A stretch of DNA of 49,474 nt from Oculatellaceae cyanobacterium bins.114 (GCA_033764315.1 JANRJA010000038.1:1-49474); one strand, 5' to 3'. Numbered from the stretch's first letter, positions 21,013 through 31,202 are shown. Numbers and translations are program-made. Notes: generated by a model from the sequence alone, not told the origin.

Positions 21013-22002
21013 CTAACTTGCTCGTAAGGTTGGACTTAAAAACCGCACCATCAAAACAGCCACAATATTGACAAGCAGCGTCAGCACAAACAAGATTAAG
21101 GCCAGATACATGAGTGCCCCCACATGTAAATCATCGAGTGCTTCTGCAAATTGGTTGGCTAACAGCGACGGAATGCTAGAAGCCGGATCGAGCAACGAGG
21201 CACTAATCAATTGCGAGTTGCCAATCACCATCGTGACGGCCATCGTTTCACCCAATGCTCGCCCCAGGGCTAACGTAGCTGCCCCCAAAATACCAGACAA
21301 TCCAGCGGGCAAAATAACTCGAAAAATGGTCTCCCATCGGGTTGCGCCCAAGGCTCCAGAGGCACTGCGTAACTCTCCGGGCACGGCGATCAACACTTCT
21401 CGGCTAATAGCCGCCATCGTTGGCAAAATCATGATTGCCAAAATCACACCCGCTGGCAACATGCCAGGACCAAACGGCTCAGTGGAAAACAAAGGAAACC
21501 ATCCAAACACTTGGTGCAGCCATACGCCAATGGGTAACAAGAAGGGAATCAACACAAAAATGCCCCACAACCCGATAATCACACTGGGAATCGCGGCAAT
21601 TAACTCAATTAAAAACGCAATAGGCGATCGCACCCAGGCTGGCAAAAAGTTTTCGCTCGTGACAAGGGCAACGGATAACCCAATCGGAATAGCAATTAGA
21701 AGGGCGATCGTGGATGTGACAAGGGTACCGTAGATGTAGGGCAAGGCTCCAAAAACCAATGCTCCCACATCCCACTCCTGGCTCCATAAAAAGCCTAGAC
21801 CAAACGCTTGAATGGCAGGAAATGCCTGTTTAAAGATGACGACTGCCATCCAACCCATAACGGCGATCGTGCAGAATGCAAAAATCCGGACGAGCCAGGT
21901 AAAAGCAGTATCAAGCCACAGCCCCTCATCTTCAGTGCTGGTTAAGTCAACAACAGGAGATTGGAGGTCTTCAGGAGTTCCAGCAGTCATATCAATTTCC
22001 AA
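21013..22002 (-). CDS. pstC: Phosphate ABC transporter permease
   Basis: AIPSVIIGLWG and GRALGETMAV. Confidence 0.95.
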   Translation of the reverse strand: MEIDMTAGTPEDLQSPVVDLTSTEDEGLWLDTAFTWLVRIFAFCTIAVMGWMAVVIFKQAFPAIQAFGLGFLWSQEWDVGALVFGALPYIYGTLVTSTIALLIAIPIGLSVALVTSENFLPAWVRSPIAFLIELIAAIPSVIIGLWGIFVLIPFLLPIGVWLHQVFGWFPLFSTEPFGPGMLPAGVILAIMILPTMAAISREVLIAVPGELRSASGALGATRWETIFRVILPAGLSGILGAATLALGRALGETMAVTMVIGNSQLISASLLDPASSIPSLLANQFAEALDDLHVGALMYLALILFVLTLLVNIVAVLMVRFLSPTLRAS

Positions 22003-22045
22003 CAGTCACAATAGAACACGAGCAACGTTACTTAAGAGATGGATA

Positions 22046-22070
22046 GGGGCACGGTTTAACCGCGCCCCCA
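22046..22070 (-). terminator. Hairpin between pstS and pstC
   Basis: GGGGCACGGTTTAACCGCGCCCC inverted repeat; a stabiliser or attenuator role is inferred. Confidence 0.55.
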
Positions 22071-22126
22071 CTGATGATCAAAATCCGTTCAGGAAATTGT
22101 CTATCAAACCTGATGCGCCCATCAGA

Positions 22127-23185
22127 TTAAGAACCAGTTACACCACTGTTAACTGCCTCAATCGCGCGACGAGCAACCGCTTGAGGAATACGAGTGTAGT
22201 CGAGCGTGTTGTTGATGGCTTGACCATCGGTCAAAATCCACTCAACCAACTTCTTCATGGCCGCTGCTTTACCCGCTTGCTCATACTGACGATATACCAT
22301 TAACCAGGTCAATCCAGCAATTGGATAGCCCCGATCAGGGTCACCGACAAACACGCGGAAGTTGTCAGGGAACGTTACGCTTGACAACGCTTCTTCAGTT
22401 GCTGCTAAGGAAGGAGCAATAAACTGACCCGCTTTGTTTTGCACAGACGCGATTTGCATGTTGTTTTGCTTTGCATAAGCAAATTCAACATAGCCGATCG
22501 CACCACGAGTTCTCGAAACCTGAGCCGCAACACCGGGGTTACCGCGACCTGTCACAGGGTTGATTGTCCAGCGAGGAGCTGTACCTACGCCAACCCGACC
22601 TCTAAAGTAGGGGCTGACTGCACTGAGGTTGTTGGTGAAGATAAAGGTTGTACCACTGCCATCTGCCCGAACAACAGCGCGAATAGGCAGGTCAGGCAGG
22701 TTTACACCAGGGTTATCAGCCGCGATGCGAGGGTCGTTCCAACGAGTAATCCGACCGGAGAAGATGTCAGGATAAACAGAGCGAGACAACTTGAGGTCAG
22801 TAACTCCAGGTAGGTTATACACGATTGAAACCGCGCCACCCGCTGTAGGAACGAGAATGATGCCCCGATCAACTTGCTCAATTTGAGCATCAGTCATAGC
22901 TGCATCACTACCGCCAAAGTCTACAGTTTCAGCAATCACCTGACGAATACCGCCACCACTACCAATGGCTTGATAGTTAACGCGGATATCGGGGTTTGCT
23001 CGAGTAAATTCGCTGAAATAACGTTCATACAAAGGAGCAGGGAATGTGGCCCCTGCACCGTTCAGGCTGACAGCGGCCTGAACCAAAGTCGTCAAAACTG
23101 GGCTAACAGCGATCGCAGCAGCTACCATAACCGCAAGGAATGTGCGGCGGAGAACTTTACTACGAAGAATATTGGAAAACACCAT
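22127..23185 (-). CDS. pstS: Phosphate-binding protein
   Basis: GAGATFPAPLY, YQAIGSGGG, DFGGSD and RADGSGTT. Confidence 0.97.
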   Translation of the reverse strand: MVFSNILRSKVLRRTFLAVMVAAAIAVSPVLTTLVQAAVSLNGAGATFPAPLYERYFSEFTRANPDIRVNYQAIGSGGGIRQVIAETVDFGGSDAAMTDAQIEQVDRGIILVPTAGGAVSIVYNLPGVTDLKLSRSVYPDIFSGRITRWNDPRIAADNPGVNLPDLPIRAVVRADGSGTTFIFTNNLSAVSPYFRGRVGVGTAPRWTINPVTGRGNPGVAAQVSRTRGAIGYVEFAYAKQNNMQIASVQNKAGQFIAPSLAATEEALSSVTFPDNFRVFVGDPDRGYPIAGLTWLMVYRQYEQAGKAAAMKKLVEWILTDGQAINNTLDYTRIPQAVARRAIEAVNSGVTGS

Positions 23186-23285
23186 TTCACTTCTTCCTCT
23201 AACAGGAAAACACTATTAATTGAATGCACAATTCAAGTTTTCACAGAACAAGGTACAACTTGTCGGGTTAAATTAGTTAATTGCA

Positions 23286-23326
23286 AAATTAATATCTGTT
23301 TAAGGTTTGATTTAGCGAAGGTAAAA
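23286..23326 (-). promoter_or_regulatory. Pho-box-like array upstream of pstS
   Basis: Minus strand TTTTACCT-tcg-CTAAATCA-aac-CTTAAACA-gat-ATTAATTT: 8+3 periodicity like the cyanobacterial SphR consensus PyTTAAPyPy(T/A). Confidence 0.55.
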
Positions 23327-23726
23327 TGCCTTAATTTGTCCATTTTTTGATAAAACATAGCTCAAAATCAATGAATAACATCGAATAATATTTCAATTTA
23401 TCTTGATATATAAAGCTACAAATTGCAGTTTAAAAAACTTTCAAAGCTTTCATCGTTGATAGACTAGATCCCCAATCTTCTCAATCGAACAGTAGAATTC
23501 CAAAATTTGAAGATTCTCTGTTGTGAAACCTTGACAAACTCATCTCAACCCTTATTTTCTTCAAACTTTCTAGCGTCAAGTGTCTCTCTCACAAAGAACT
23601 CTAGGGAAACAGGCACCTCCTGTCGTATCGTTCTTTTCTAAAAAGTCTGACCGTTTTCATACTAGGATGAATGAGAGATTGATAAGGAGTTGATGAGGGA
23701 TTGATAAGCCAATCTCCCATCGAGTT

Positions 23727-23756
23727 TTAAACCTTACTTTAAACTGTTCTTAAACA
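23727..23756 (+). promoter_or_regulatory. Pho-box-like array upstream of the TonB-like gene
   Basis: TTAAACCT-tac-TTTAAACT-gtt-CTTAAACA: three 8-mers with 3-bp spacers. Confidence 0.6.
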
Positions 23757-24013
23757 AACTTAGAGACTTAAGATACGCCAAAGATACGCCAATTAGCTGA
23801 TATGATGCCGCATATCTTCCTAAAGCAACTACAGTCTTTAATAGAGTTAGCTATTTTTAAATTTCAAATGCTTTTGGTATCACCCTAATCTTGCAAAATT
23901 ACTAATTCAGCTCTTTAATCAGGTCAGATTAGCTGATGCACTGAGGCGATCGCCCATTCTCATTTTTCAGATGCATTGTTCTGGGTGTTATTCAATTTCG
24001 ATTTCTATCAAAC

Positions 24014-25120
24014 ATGGCTCAGTCCTATCCTATGAAAAACTTGCAGCCTTCTATGCAAGCTTTGATTCGTCCGATGCTACTCATTTCCCTGCTCCTTCAT
24101 GGTGCGTTCCTGCTTGTACCGTTTGGATCATCTGAGCCTGAAGCACCTCCAGAACCCGAAGAAGAAGCCGTCACGTTAACTCAGTTGCCCCCGGCAGATC
24201 AGCCCGTCGCTCAACCATCTCCTTCTCCGCGGGCGACTCCGGCTCCTCGTCCCCGTCCATCAGCCCTGCCTCGTGCACGGGTAGCTGCACCTCCAGCCCG
24301 TCGGAGTGCACCGCCTCCAGTGCGATCGACCCCTCGTGAGCCAGGGGCAGTAGCTCCAGCGGCTCCAGTGGCTCCAGCCGCTCCAACCGCTAACGACTTT
24401 GTGCGCGATTTCCCTCGCTATCCTGGAGCACGAACAGGAACAGTTGGCTTACCGCCTGCCTTTGCCTCTCAAGGGCAAAATACGGGAGATGCCATTCGAG
24501 CCGTTGAGAGCTGGTTTGAGCAACAGTTAGCAGCTAAGGGATACACCGCTGCCCCCTTTGAAACAGAGGCTAACCGGGTGGTGTATGAGGTGTCGCGACA
24601 AGGAACCACTCAATATTTGACCTTGCTCTCAAACCCAACTGATGTGGGAACCAATATTCTCCTTACTCCACAACCGTTGCCAGCTAATTTAGGAGATGTC
24701 AACGTTGAGCCTCCAGAGGTTGCCCAATTCTATACTGAGTTGCCTATCCCAGACATTGATGCAGAGAACCCTGACCCTGCCTTTGAGCGAGTGAGTGAGC
24801 CCAATATATTACTAAGCCAGCCCACAGCATTTTTTGCCAGTCTCGGCTCTGATGAAGGTGGGTTTTATATTGAACCCGCCCTGCGACCCGAAGTGCGTCG
24901 AGCCGTCGTAGCATTGGGAGAAACTGATCCTCAAGCTCTTTTTAGTGTGTTGCAGAATCAGTTAGAGATTGGTGCCTATGCGATTACGCCTCAGGGCAAC
25001 TATGGCGGAGGATTGTTGTATCAACTTCAACGCGATGGGGTGACAGGCTATCTTAGCCTGGTGCCTGCGACCAACGGTCGAGACACGGTGATCTTTATTT
25101 GGGACAAACCCCCTCAGTAA
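24014..25120 (+). CDS. TonB-like membrane-anchored proline-rich protein with atypical C-terminal domains
   Basis: Single TM with S-x3-H (ISLLLHGAFLL), a Pro/Ala-rich linker of roughly 90 aa, and adjacency to exbBDD. Confidence 0.55.
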   Translation: MAQSYPMKNLQPSMQALIRPMLLISLLLHGAFLLVPFGSSEPEAPPEPEEEAVTLTQLPPADQPVAQPSPSPRATPAPRPRPSALPRARVAAPPARRSAPPPVRSTPREPGAVAPAAPVAPAAPTANDFVRDFPRYPGARTGTVGLPPAFASQGQNTGDAIRAVESWFEQQLAAKGYTAAPFETEANRVVYEVSRQGTTQYLTLLSNPTDVGTNILLTPQPLPANLGDVNVEPPEVAQFYTELPIPDIDAENPDPAFERVSEPNILLSQPTAFFASLGSDEGGFYIEPALRPEVRRAVVALGETDPQALFSVLQNQLEIGAYAITPQGNYGGGLLYQLQRDGVTGYLSLVPATNGRDTVIFIWDKPPQ

Positions 25121-25147
25121 ACGATTATTGGAGTCTTCTCAAAGTCA

Positions 25148-25186
25148 CATCTCCGACTGACTTCTTAGAGGCTAAGTCGGAGATGG
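25148..25186. terminator. Hairpin between convergent genes
   Basis: CATCTCCGACT...AGTCGGAGATG inverted repeat. Confidence 0.65.
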
Positions 25187-25199
25187 CTCAGGGACATCG

Positions 25200-25640
25200 T
25201 TAATCATCAATTCCTTCAACGCCGAGGGAAACGCGACCACCGCCGACATCTCGCATCACTTTGAGCAAGTCTGCTACATCTCGATAGGTGAGCGATCGAT
25301 CGGCTTTGAGTGTGACCACCCCTTCTGGGTTTTCTTCAAAGTAAGCTTGCATTCGCTCAATCAGTTGCTCATCTGTAGCGACACTGTTACTCAGCAAAAT
25401 TTGTTTTTCTGCATTCAAACCTACTACCAGCGGTTTGGGTGGTTCTTCTTTTGCTTCGGCTTGGTTTCCGTCTTTACTCTCCGACGAGGCTGCTTCTGGT
25501 AAAAACACATTGACGACCTGACCGTTTAATGTCATCGAAATGATGATGAAGAAAGTCAAAACAGTCATCAACACATCCATCATAGGAATTAAGTTGACTT
25601 CTGGAAGCGGAGCGTTATTTCGCTGACTCTTAAATCGCAT
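25200..25640 (-). CDS. exbD: Biopolymer transporter ExbD/TolR
   Basis: NLIPMMDVLMTVLTFF and LKADRSLTY. Confidence 0.92.
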   Translation of the reverse strand: MRFKSQRNNAPLPEVNLIPMMDVLMTVLTFFIIISMTLNGQVVNVFLPEAASSESKDGNQAEAKEEPPKPLVVGLNAEKQILLSNSVATDEQLIERMQAYFEENPEGVVTLKADRSLTYRDVADLLKVMRDVGGGRVSLGVEGIDD

Positions 25641-25696
25641 GGTTAAAGATTCCTTTTATAGTCGCCCCTGACTCAACTGCTAGAGAAACGCGATCC

Positions 25697-26101
25697 CTAC
25701 TCAATCGCTAGAGAAACGCGATCGCCACCCACCTCTTTTAGATCGCCCAACAATCGAACTACATCTTCATAGGGCAAATCTGGCGAAGCTTGCAACACCA
25801 CAAAACCCTCTTTGTTGCTGGTTAGATAAGATTGCAGTTGAGGTGCCAACTGTTCTTTAGAGGTTGGTTGATTGTTCAAGAGTATCTGACCTTGAGGGTC
25901 AAGTTGGACAATCAATGGCTCAGGGGCGGCAGTCACTGGAGCACTGTCAGCACTATTGGGTAACTCAACCTCAACCCCTTTTTCAATAGTAAGCGTCATT
26001 GAGATGACGATAAAAAAGGTCAAAACGGTCATCAACACGTCCATCATGGGAATCAAGTTGACCTCTGGCAACCGTGCCTCGTTCCGATTTTTAAACCGCA
26101 T
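25697..26101 (-). CDS. exbD: Biopolymer transporter ExbD/TolR
   Basis: NLIPMMDVLMTVLTFF; paralog of the adjacent gene. Confidence 0.92.
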   Translation of the reverse strand: MRFKNRNEARLPEVNLIPMMDVLMTVLTFFIVISMTLTIEKGVEVELPNSADSAPVTAAPEPLIVQLDPQGQILLNNQPTSKEQLAPQLQSYLTSNKEGFVVLQASPDLPYEDVVRLLGDLKEVGGDRVSLAIE

Positions 26102-26113
26102 GATGTTACCAAC

Positions 26114-26821
26114 TTAACGAGTTTGATCAAACGTAGCAGATACAGGAGAAGATGCCATATGACCATCTTGCTCTGCATCATCTGCATCACTGGATTCGTA
26201 CCAGACTTGCCGATAGATCAGTTCGAGTTCATTACCCACTTCAGAAAAGAAGTCTATCTGTTGCGACTGAATCGTGGTGAATAATCGAAATAGCATCAGC
26301 GCAATAATCGCAACGAACATTCCTGAAGCTGTACAAATCAGTGCTTCACCAATCCCAGCGGCAGCCTCGGTTGCCTGATCTGCCGTGCCGCCGCCACCAA
26401 CGTTGAGGTTCCCAAACGTGCGAATCAAGCCTATCACGGTTCCCATCAACCCTAACAAGGGGGCAAGGGCAACGACCGTTTCTAAAAACTTTTCGCCTTT
26501 CCTCATTTGTGCAAATTCTTTGTCGCCTGCGGCTTCCATCGCCAACCGAAAAGTTTCGGGAGTGGGCTGTCTGAGCCGCAGTGGAGCCAACAAGAATCGT
26601 CCGATCGCCGTCTCTTTAGATTCCTCAGCAATTAATGCTGCTTTATCCAAGTCATATTTTGCGGCATCTAAAACGTCATGAACGACCCGTCCTTCTTGCC
26701 TAAACAGTTGATACCAAAACCAACCTCGATCTAACCCACAGGCAATCGTCGCCACTGATAAACCCGCCAATGGAATCATTAAAAGGCCGCCTTCGGCTAA
26801 TAAATCAAGCAAGTTAGACAT
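26114..26821 (-). CDS. exbB: MotA/TolQ/ExbB proton channel protein
   Basis: APLLGLMGTVIGLI and GIGEALICTASG. Confidence 0.92.
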   Translation of the reverse strand: MSNLLDLLAEGGLLMIPLAGLSVATIACGLDRGWFWYQLFRQEGRVVHDVLDAAKYDLDKAALIAEESKETAIGRFLLAPLRLRQPTPETFRLAMEAAGDKEFAQMRKGEKFLETVVALAPLLGLMGTVIGLIRTFGNLNVGGGGTADQATEAAAGIGEALICTASGMFVAIIALMLFRLFTTIQSQQIDFFSEVGNELELIYRQVWYESSDADDAEQDGHMASSPVSATFDQTR

Positions 26822-27183
26822 GATAATTGAGGGGTATTTTGAGGGGAGAGGGGAAAGTACTTTTAGATTCTTAACAGATCTTGAGCCTTACCGATAGGAT
26901 AGCGGAATTATGAATGTGGCTCGTTAAGAAGACATCTACTAAAAGATTAACAACATATTAAGAATCCGTAAGAAGGAGGTGGGGAGCAGGGATTGCCCTA
27001 TCCTATGAATCTTCTGTACCCCCATTTGTCAGTTTGTTGCAAACCCCACTGAGGCGAGTAGCCCTTCATCGATCGCCCCTTCCATTCCTTCATCGACGGC
27101 TTTAACCAAGTCACCGCTTGATTTTTGCAACACGATATTTTTGAATAACCTTACGAGTTTGCCAATCGATTTGATGATGTTTT

Positions 27184-27344
27184 AGAAGCTGTTTGTAAAC
27201 GGGTGTAAAGTTGGCTAAAAAGCATTCCCTGAAGCGATCCTCCCTAACCCTCCTTAAAAAGGAGGGAACCAAGCCCTAAATCTGAAGTCCCCCTTTTTCA
27301 GGGGGATTTAAGGGGATCGAAACATTGATTTACAAACACTTTCT
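27184..27344. repeat. MITE-like element
   Basis: Terminal inverted repeats AGAAGCTGTTTGTAAA / TTTACAAACACTTTCT enclosing the hairpins CCCTCCTTAAAAAGGAGGG and TCCCCCTTTTTCAGGGGGA. Confidence 0.6.
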
Positions 27345-27575
27345 GATTTTGAGATTTTGTCGTTGAAAAACGTGACGGATTCTGTCGCAAACCGTAAGAA
27401 TGAAGAATATTTAGGACGGTTGCGTGTTAAAAAAGCATAATTTTGTTGAAAACAGGCAATAGTATGGTATCCCTATAAGGCAAAATCACGCGATCGCCCT
27501 CAGATTTAATGATCTTGCTTAAACAAGCTTGTTTTAACAGTCAGGCTTGAGCCATCACACTCAATCAGAATACGG

Positions 27576-30500
27576 ATGTTGAACTCAGCACAGGAGTATT
27601 CCCCTTCTAACGACAAATCACCCTTGGCGCAGTGGCTGCGCCGAACCCTTGAACGTGGCGGCATTTGGGTTCAGTTTCGGTTGAAGGGAAATCATCTGCA
27701 CCTATTGTGTGAAAGTAAGCCCTGTCTCAATCGGGCGATCGCGCTCAATCGGTTATTACCCGCGCTGCACCAAACCGATATCAACACCTTGTTGCCCTCT
27801 GGTCATCCTCCTATTTATCAAGTCTTGCTTTATGGGCGGACACTGGGTGACGATCGCCCTGCCTGGTCTTATCGAATTCATTTAGATCAACTCGATCGCC
27901 ATCTAGAGCAACTCAAACAATTTCGTACCAATTCCAGAGTGGCACTTTCAACCGCTACCCGTTCGGCTGGAACCCACTCAACCGCGACACTCACCTCTGA
28001 TCCATTAGTAAGACCCTCGATCGAAGAGGGTGGGGCTATTGTTCTCTCAACTCGCAGTCAAGCCCGACGGGGATATCCTGATGCGATCGCCCGTTATCTG
28101 AGTGAACGCATTAGCACACTGGGTATCGCAGTCAAAGTCAGTGTGCGAACCCTGCCCTATGAAGCCACCGTGCCCACTCCCGGTTTGTTAAATACGGTGT
28201 CGGTCAGTCGGGTTTCGATGCGGCGACTCTGGATCGTTTGTGAATCGCTCTATAGCCCTGATCCCGTGGCGATCGGCGAGCCAATGGCTCGACAGTTGCG
28301 AGATCTAGAGTTAGACGATTTTCGCGACGCTGTAATTTGCATTCAGGTGACAGGGGAAGCGGAACCCGATTGGTTGTTGCGGGTAGACCTCACCCCTCCG
28401 GTCGAAATGCTGCGAGAACGGGCTCGTTGGGGCGATGTGGGGGCGATCGCCCGACTCATTCGTCATGCCTTGAGCGATCGCGACATTCAACTCTCGACCA
28501 GTGCTCTCAAAGATGCCACATTACATCTGTCTTGTTGTTTTGCTTCTGAATTGGCGACGACAGCGGCACCCGATCAGGCAACCGTGCGAGCGATCATTGC
28601 ACCTCTATTAGAAACCTTGGGCCCGCAAGGCATTCAAGCTGCAACGGTGTATGGTCAGGTGATTGGGCAAGAAGCCCCTGCCTGGGTTGATTGGTTAAAC
28701 CTGCCCGCTGCCGAACACGCTGCCTTAGCAGAACCCGCCCTGACCCTGGCACAACAGGGTGATTGGGATGCGATCGCCTTTTTGTTGATGTGTGCCTTAA
28801 ACCCTGACCTGGATCAGCAGCTTGCTACTGGAGGAATTCGCATTCAACTCTTGCGGCGACACGATCTGCTGCACATCATGACCGATGCCCCAGTCTGCCC
28901 CAATCAACGACGGGTCAGCAGTACCATTGTAAAGTTGCTCAAGCGATTTCAGTTGCCTGAGATCTTGGGGATTCGCATTTATGGGCGACGGGCTGGGCAA
29001 AAGCGTCCCCTCTGGAGTTATGGCGTCGATTGGACTCCTCGTCATCGTCTCGTGCCAGAACCTGCCCCAGAGTTCGCCGCCACCGATGCCTATGTCGCTG
29101 ATCTGATGGCTCAGACTGGTGATGACATTTTGCGTCCTGATCTGACTCCGGCAGATCTGCGTCATGCCTGGACGACCTTTAGAGAAAATTTAGGGCAAAA
29201 AATGCAGCGTGCTCTGGTGCGATCGCAATTGTTTGCGCCCCTGCCAGAAAATCAAGCCCTGATTTCCACTTCTGACCCGGCTGAATCGGCTCTGAGTCGC
29301 TATGTCCCCTCTCACTATCAAGGGGCAAGAGTCGCTCTCATCTGGGGCACAATCGGTCTGTTGTTGACCTTTCAGAGCGATCGCCTGCTCAACTACTTAC
29401 AACAGCGTCAATCTGTAACCCAGATGGTTTCACCACCCGCAGTCGCGGTTCCCCTACCCGAAACCACCTCTGAGTTCAATGCCCCCATTAGCCCCGTGTT
29501 GTCTGACGATGACAGCTTCTTAGAAGAATCGCCAGAAGAAGTCCCCTCTACCGCGACCGCTTCAATTTTGGCAAGCGACTCCCCCTTCCCGACGTTTAAC
29601 AGCGATCAACTCGATCAAAAAGTAGCTCTCTATCATCAACGTTGGCTCGACTCAGGAGCACCCGATGTGCTGATTGTGGGTAGCTCTAGAGCCTTACGCG
29701 GCATTGACCCAACCGTCTTACAGCAAGAACTAGCAAAACTGGGTTACACCGATGTCAGCGTCTTTAACTATGGAGTAAATGGGGCAACAGCCCAAGTCGT
29801 AGATCTGATCGTGCAACAGATTCTCACGACTGACCAGTTACCTCGATTGATCATTTGGGCAGATGGGGCACGAGCTTTTAATAGCAGCACCCTGGATGTT
29901 ACCTATAACGGCGTTGTGCTCTCAGAAGGATATCGCGAAGTTGCCCAAGACACCCCCAATCTATCTGCTCAAGAGTCTCAAATGAGTGAAACAGACATGT
30001 CTGGCGTTGCCGGAACGGAGGGCTTTGGAGCGTCGTTAACTGCGAGCTATCAAGACATTGATGAGTGGTTGAGCGATCGCCTTGCCAGTGTCTCCGCAGC
30101 CCATACGGAGCGCGATCGCCTCAAGTCGATGGTGCAGCAAGGGTTGACCGCATGGCTACCCGCTCAATCATCGGCCCCAATCGCTGGAGAAGAGAGTGCC
30201 GATTCCCAATCGTTAGCCAATGCAGGGCAAGGTTTGATTGATGTGCAAGGATTCTTACCGCTGACGGTACGGTTTAATCCCGCTACTTATTACCAGCAAT
30301 ATGCCAGAGTTGCTGGAGCCTATGACAGCGACTACAAAGATTTTGAAATCGACGGCAAACAGGCGATCGCCCTCCGCAACCTGTTGAGCTACACGCGATC
30401 GCACAACATTCCCGTTGTGTTCGTCAACCTGCCATTAACAGACGACTATCTTGATCCAGTTCGGCTGCAATATGAGCAAGAGTTTAGACAGTACATGTTA

Positions 30501-30677
30501 AATCTGTCGTTGACTCAGCAAGGGTTTATCTTCCGAGATTTGAGTGAACTGTGGGTCGATCGCTACAACTATTTCTCTGATCCCAGCCACCTCAACCGTT
30601 ATGGAGCACAAGCCGTTTCTACCCGATTAGCTCAAGATCCAATGATCCCCTGGGTGCAATCGGCTCCCAATCCTTAG
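27576..30677 (+). CDS. Large membrane protein with C-terminal DUF1574/SGNH-like domain
   Basis: One TM near aa 590; DVLIVGSSRALRG, NYGVNGAT and FSDPSHLN; repeated 'LH.C/M...YG...P.W' units in the N-terminal half. Confidence 0.75.
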   Translation: MLNSAQEYSPSNDKSPLAQWLRRTLERGGIWVQFRLKGNHLHLLCESKPCLNRAIALNRLLPALHQTDINTLLPSGHPPIYQVLLYGRTLGDDRPAWSYRIHLDQLDRHLEQLKQFRTNSRVALSTATRSAGTHSTATLTSDPLVRPSIEEGGAIVLSTRSQARRGYPDAIARYLSERISTLGIAVKVSVRTLPYEATVPTPGLLNTVSVSRVSMRRLWIVCESLYSPDPVAIGEPMARQLRDLELDDFRDAVICIQVTGEAEPDWLLRVDLTPPVEMLRERARWGDVGAIARLIRHALSDRDIQLSTSALKDATLHLSCCFASELATTAAPDQATVRAIIAPLLETLGPQGIQAATVYGQVIGQEAPAWVDWLNLPAAEHAALAEPALTLAQQGDWDAIAFLLMCALNPDLDQQLATGGIRIQLLRRHDLLHIMTDAPVCPNQRRVSSTIVKLLKRFQLPEILGIRIYGRRAGQKRPLWSYGVDWTPRHRLVPEPAPEFAATDAYVADLMAQTGDDILRPDLTPADLRHAWTTFRENLGQKMQRALVRSQLFAPLPENQALISTSDPAESALSRYVPSHYQGARVALIWGTIGLLLTFQSDRLLNYLQQRQSVTQMVSPPAVAVPLPETTSEFNAPISPVLSDDDSFLEESPEEVPSTATASILASDSPFPTFNSDQLDQKVALYHQRWLDSGAPDVLIVGSSRALRGIDPTVLQQELAKLGYTDVSVFNYGVNGATAQVVDLIVQQILTTDQLPRLIIWADGARAFNSSTLDVTYNGVVLSEGYREVAQDTPNLSAQESQMSETDMSGVAGTEGFGASLTASYQDIDEWLSDRLASVSAAHTERDRLKSMVQQGLTAWLPAQSSAPIAGEESADSQSLANAGQGLIDVQGFLPLTVRFNPATYYQQYARVAGAYDSDYKDFEIDGKQAIALRNLLSYTRSHNIPVVFVNLPLTDDYLDPVRLQYEQEFRQYMLNLSLTQQGFIFRDLSELWVDRYNYFSDPSHLNRYGAQAVSTRLAQDPMIPWVQSAPNP

Positions 30678-30804
30678 TACAACTCGTCGTAAATAGGGGT
30701 GGGAATTTGGGGTGCAGGGGTGAAACCCTTGGCTGGGGGCACAGCCCCCACACCCCCCTGGTTTTATTTCTGAACCCTATTTGTGAAAAGAAAAGCAGTA
30801 CTTA
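30675..30804. repeat. Palindromic intergenic repeat
   Basis: AGTAC...AAATAGGG / CCCTATTT...GTACT ends with a GGGGGCACAGCCCCC hairpin inside. Confidence 0.5.
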
Positions 30805-30944
30805 GCAGCTTGCATTAACTTGAGTGTTGTTTTCTGCAACCATCGCGATAACAGGTGAGATGACGATTGAACCAGTCAAGTGGGTAGATGCAATTAACTG
30901 TAAAATGTCTGGAGCACAGCCAAAACCCGAATTCGGGTTAATTT

Positions 30945-31202
30945 AACGTGAATTCGGGATAAGGATTTTGGCGGTTGAAACCGCAACGACAGGAGCAAAA
31001 CCGACCTGATATGAAATCTGGCTGCTTACTTGTTGTCAGGCTAGGCTAAAACCTTTGCCTGTAGGAAAGTAATTAGTAAGCAACTAGCCAGATTTTATAG
31101 GAGTCGGTTCACTCAACCCTTGATTCTCCGTAGTTTGCGAAGACGAACTCCGCTCTGATAGCTGCGAATTTATTCGCTAGGCTCTTAAACCGAACTGACG
31201 TT
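30945..31202. mobile_element. MITE with 5-bp target duplication and a nested second element (31010-31099)
   Basis: TIRs AACGTGAATTCGG / CCGAACTGACGTT flanked by AATTT on both sides; internal TIRs TATGAAATCTGGCT / AGCCAGATTTTATA. Confidence 0.7.

Noticed and set aside
21068-21733. Long antisense or overlapping ORFs (e.g. 21068-21733, 41859-42383, 13088-13681, 16664-17119)
   Set aside because: They shadow well-supported genes and have no recognisable motifs.
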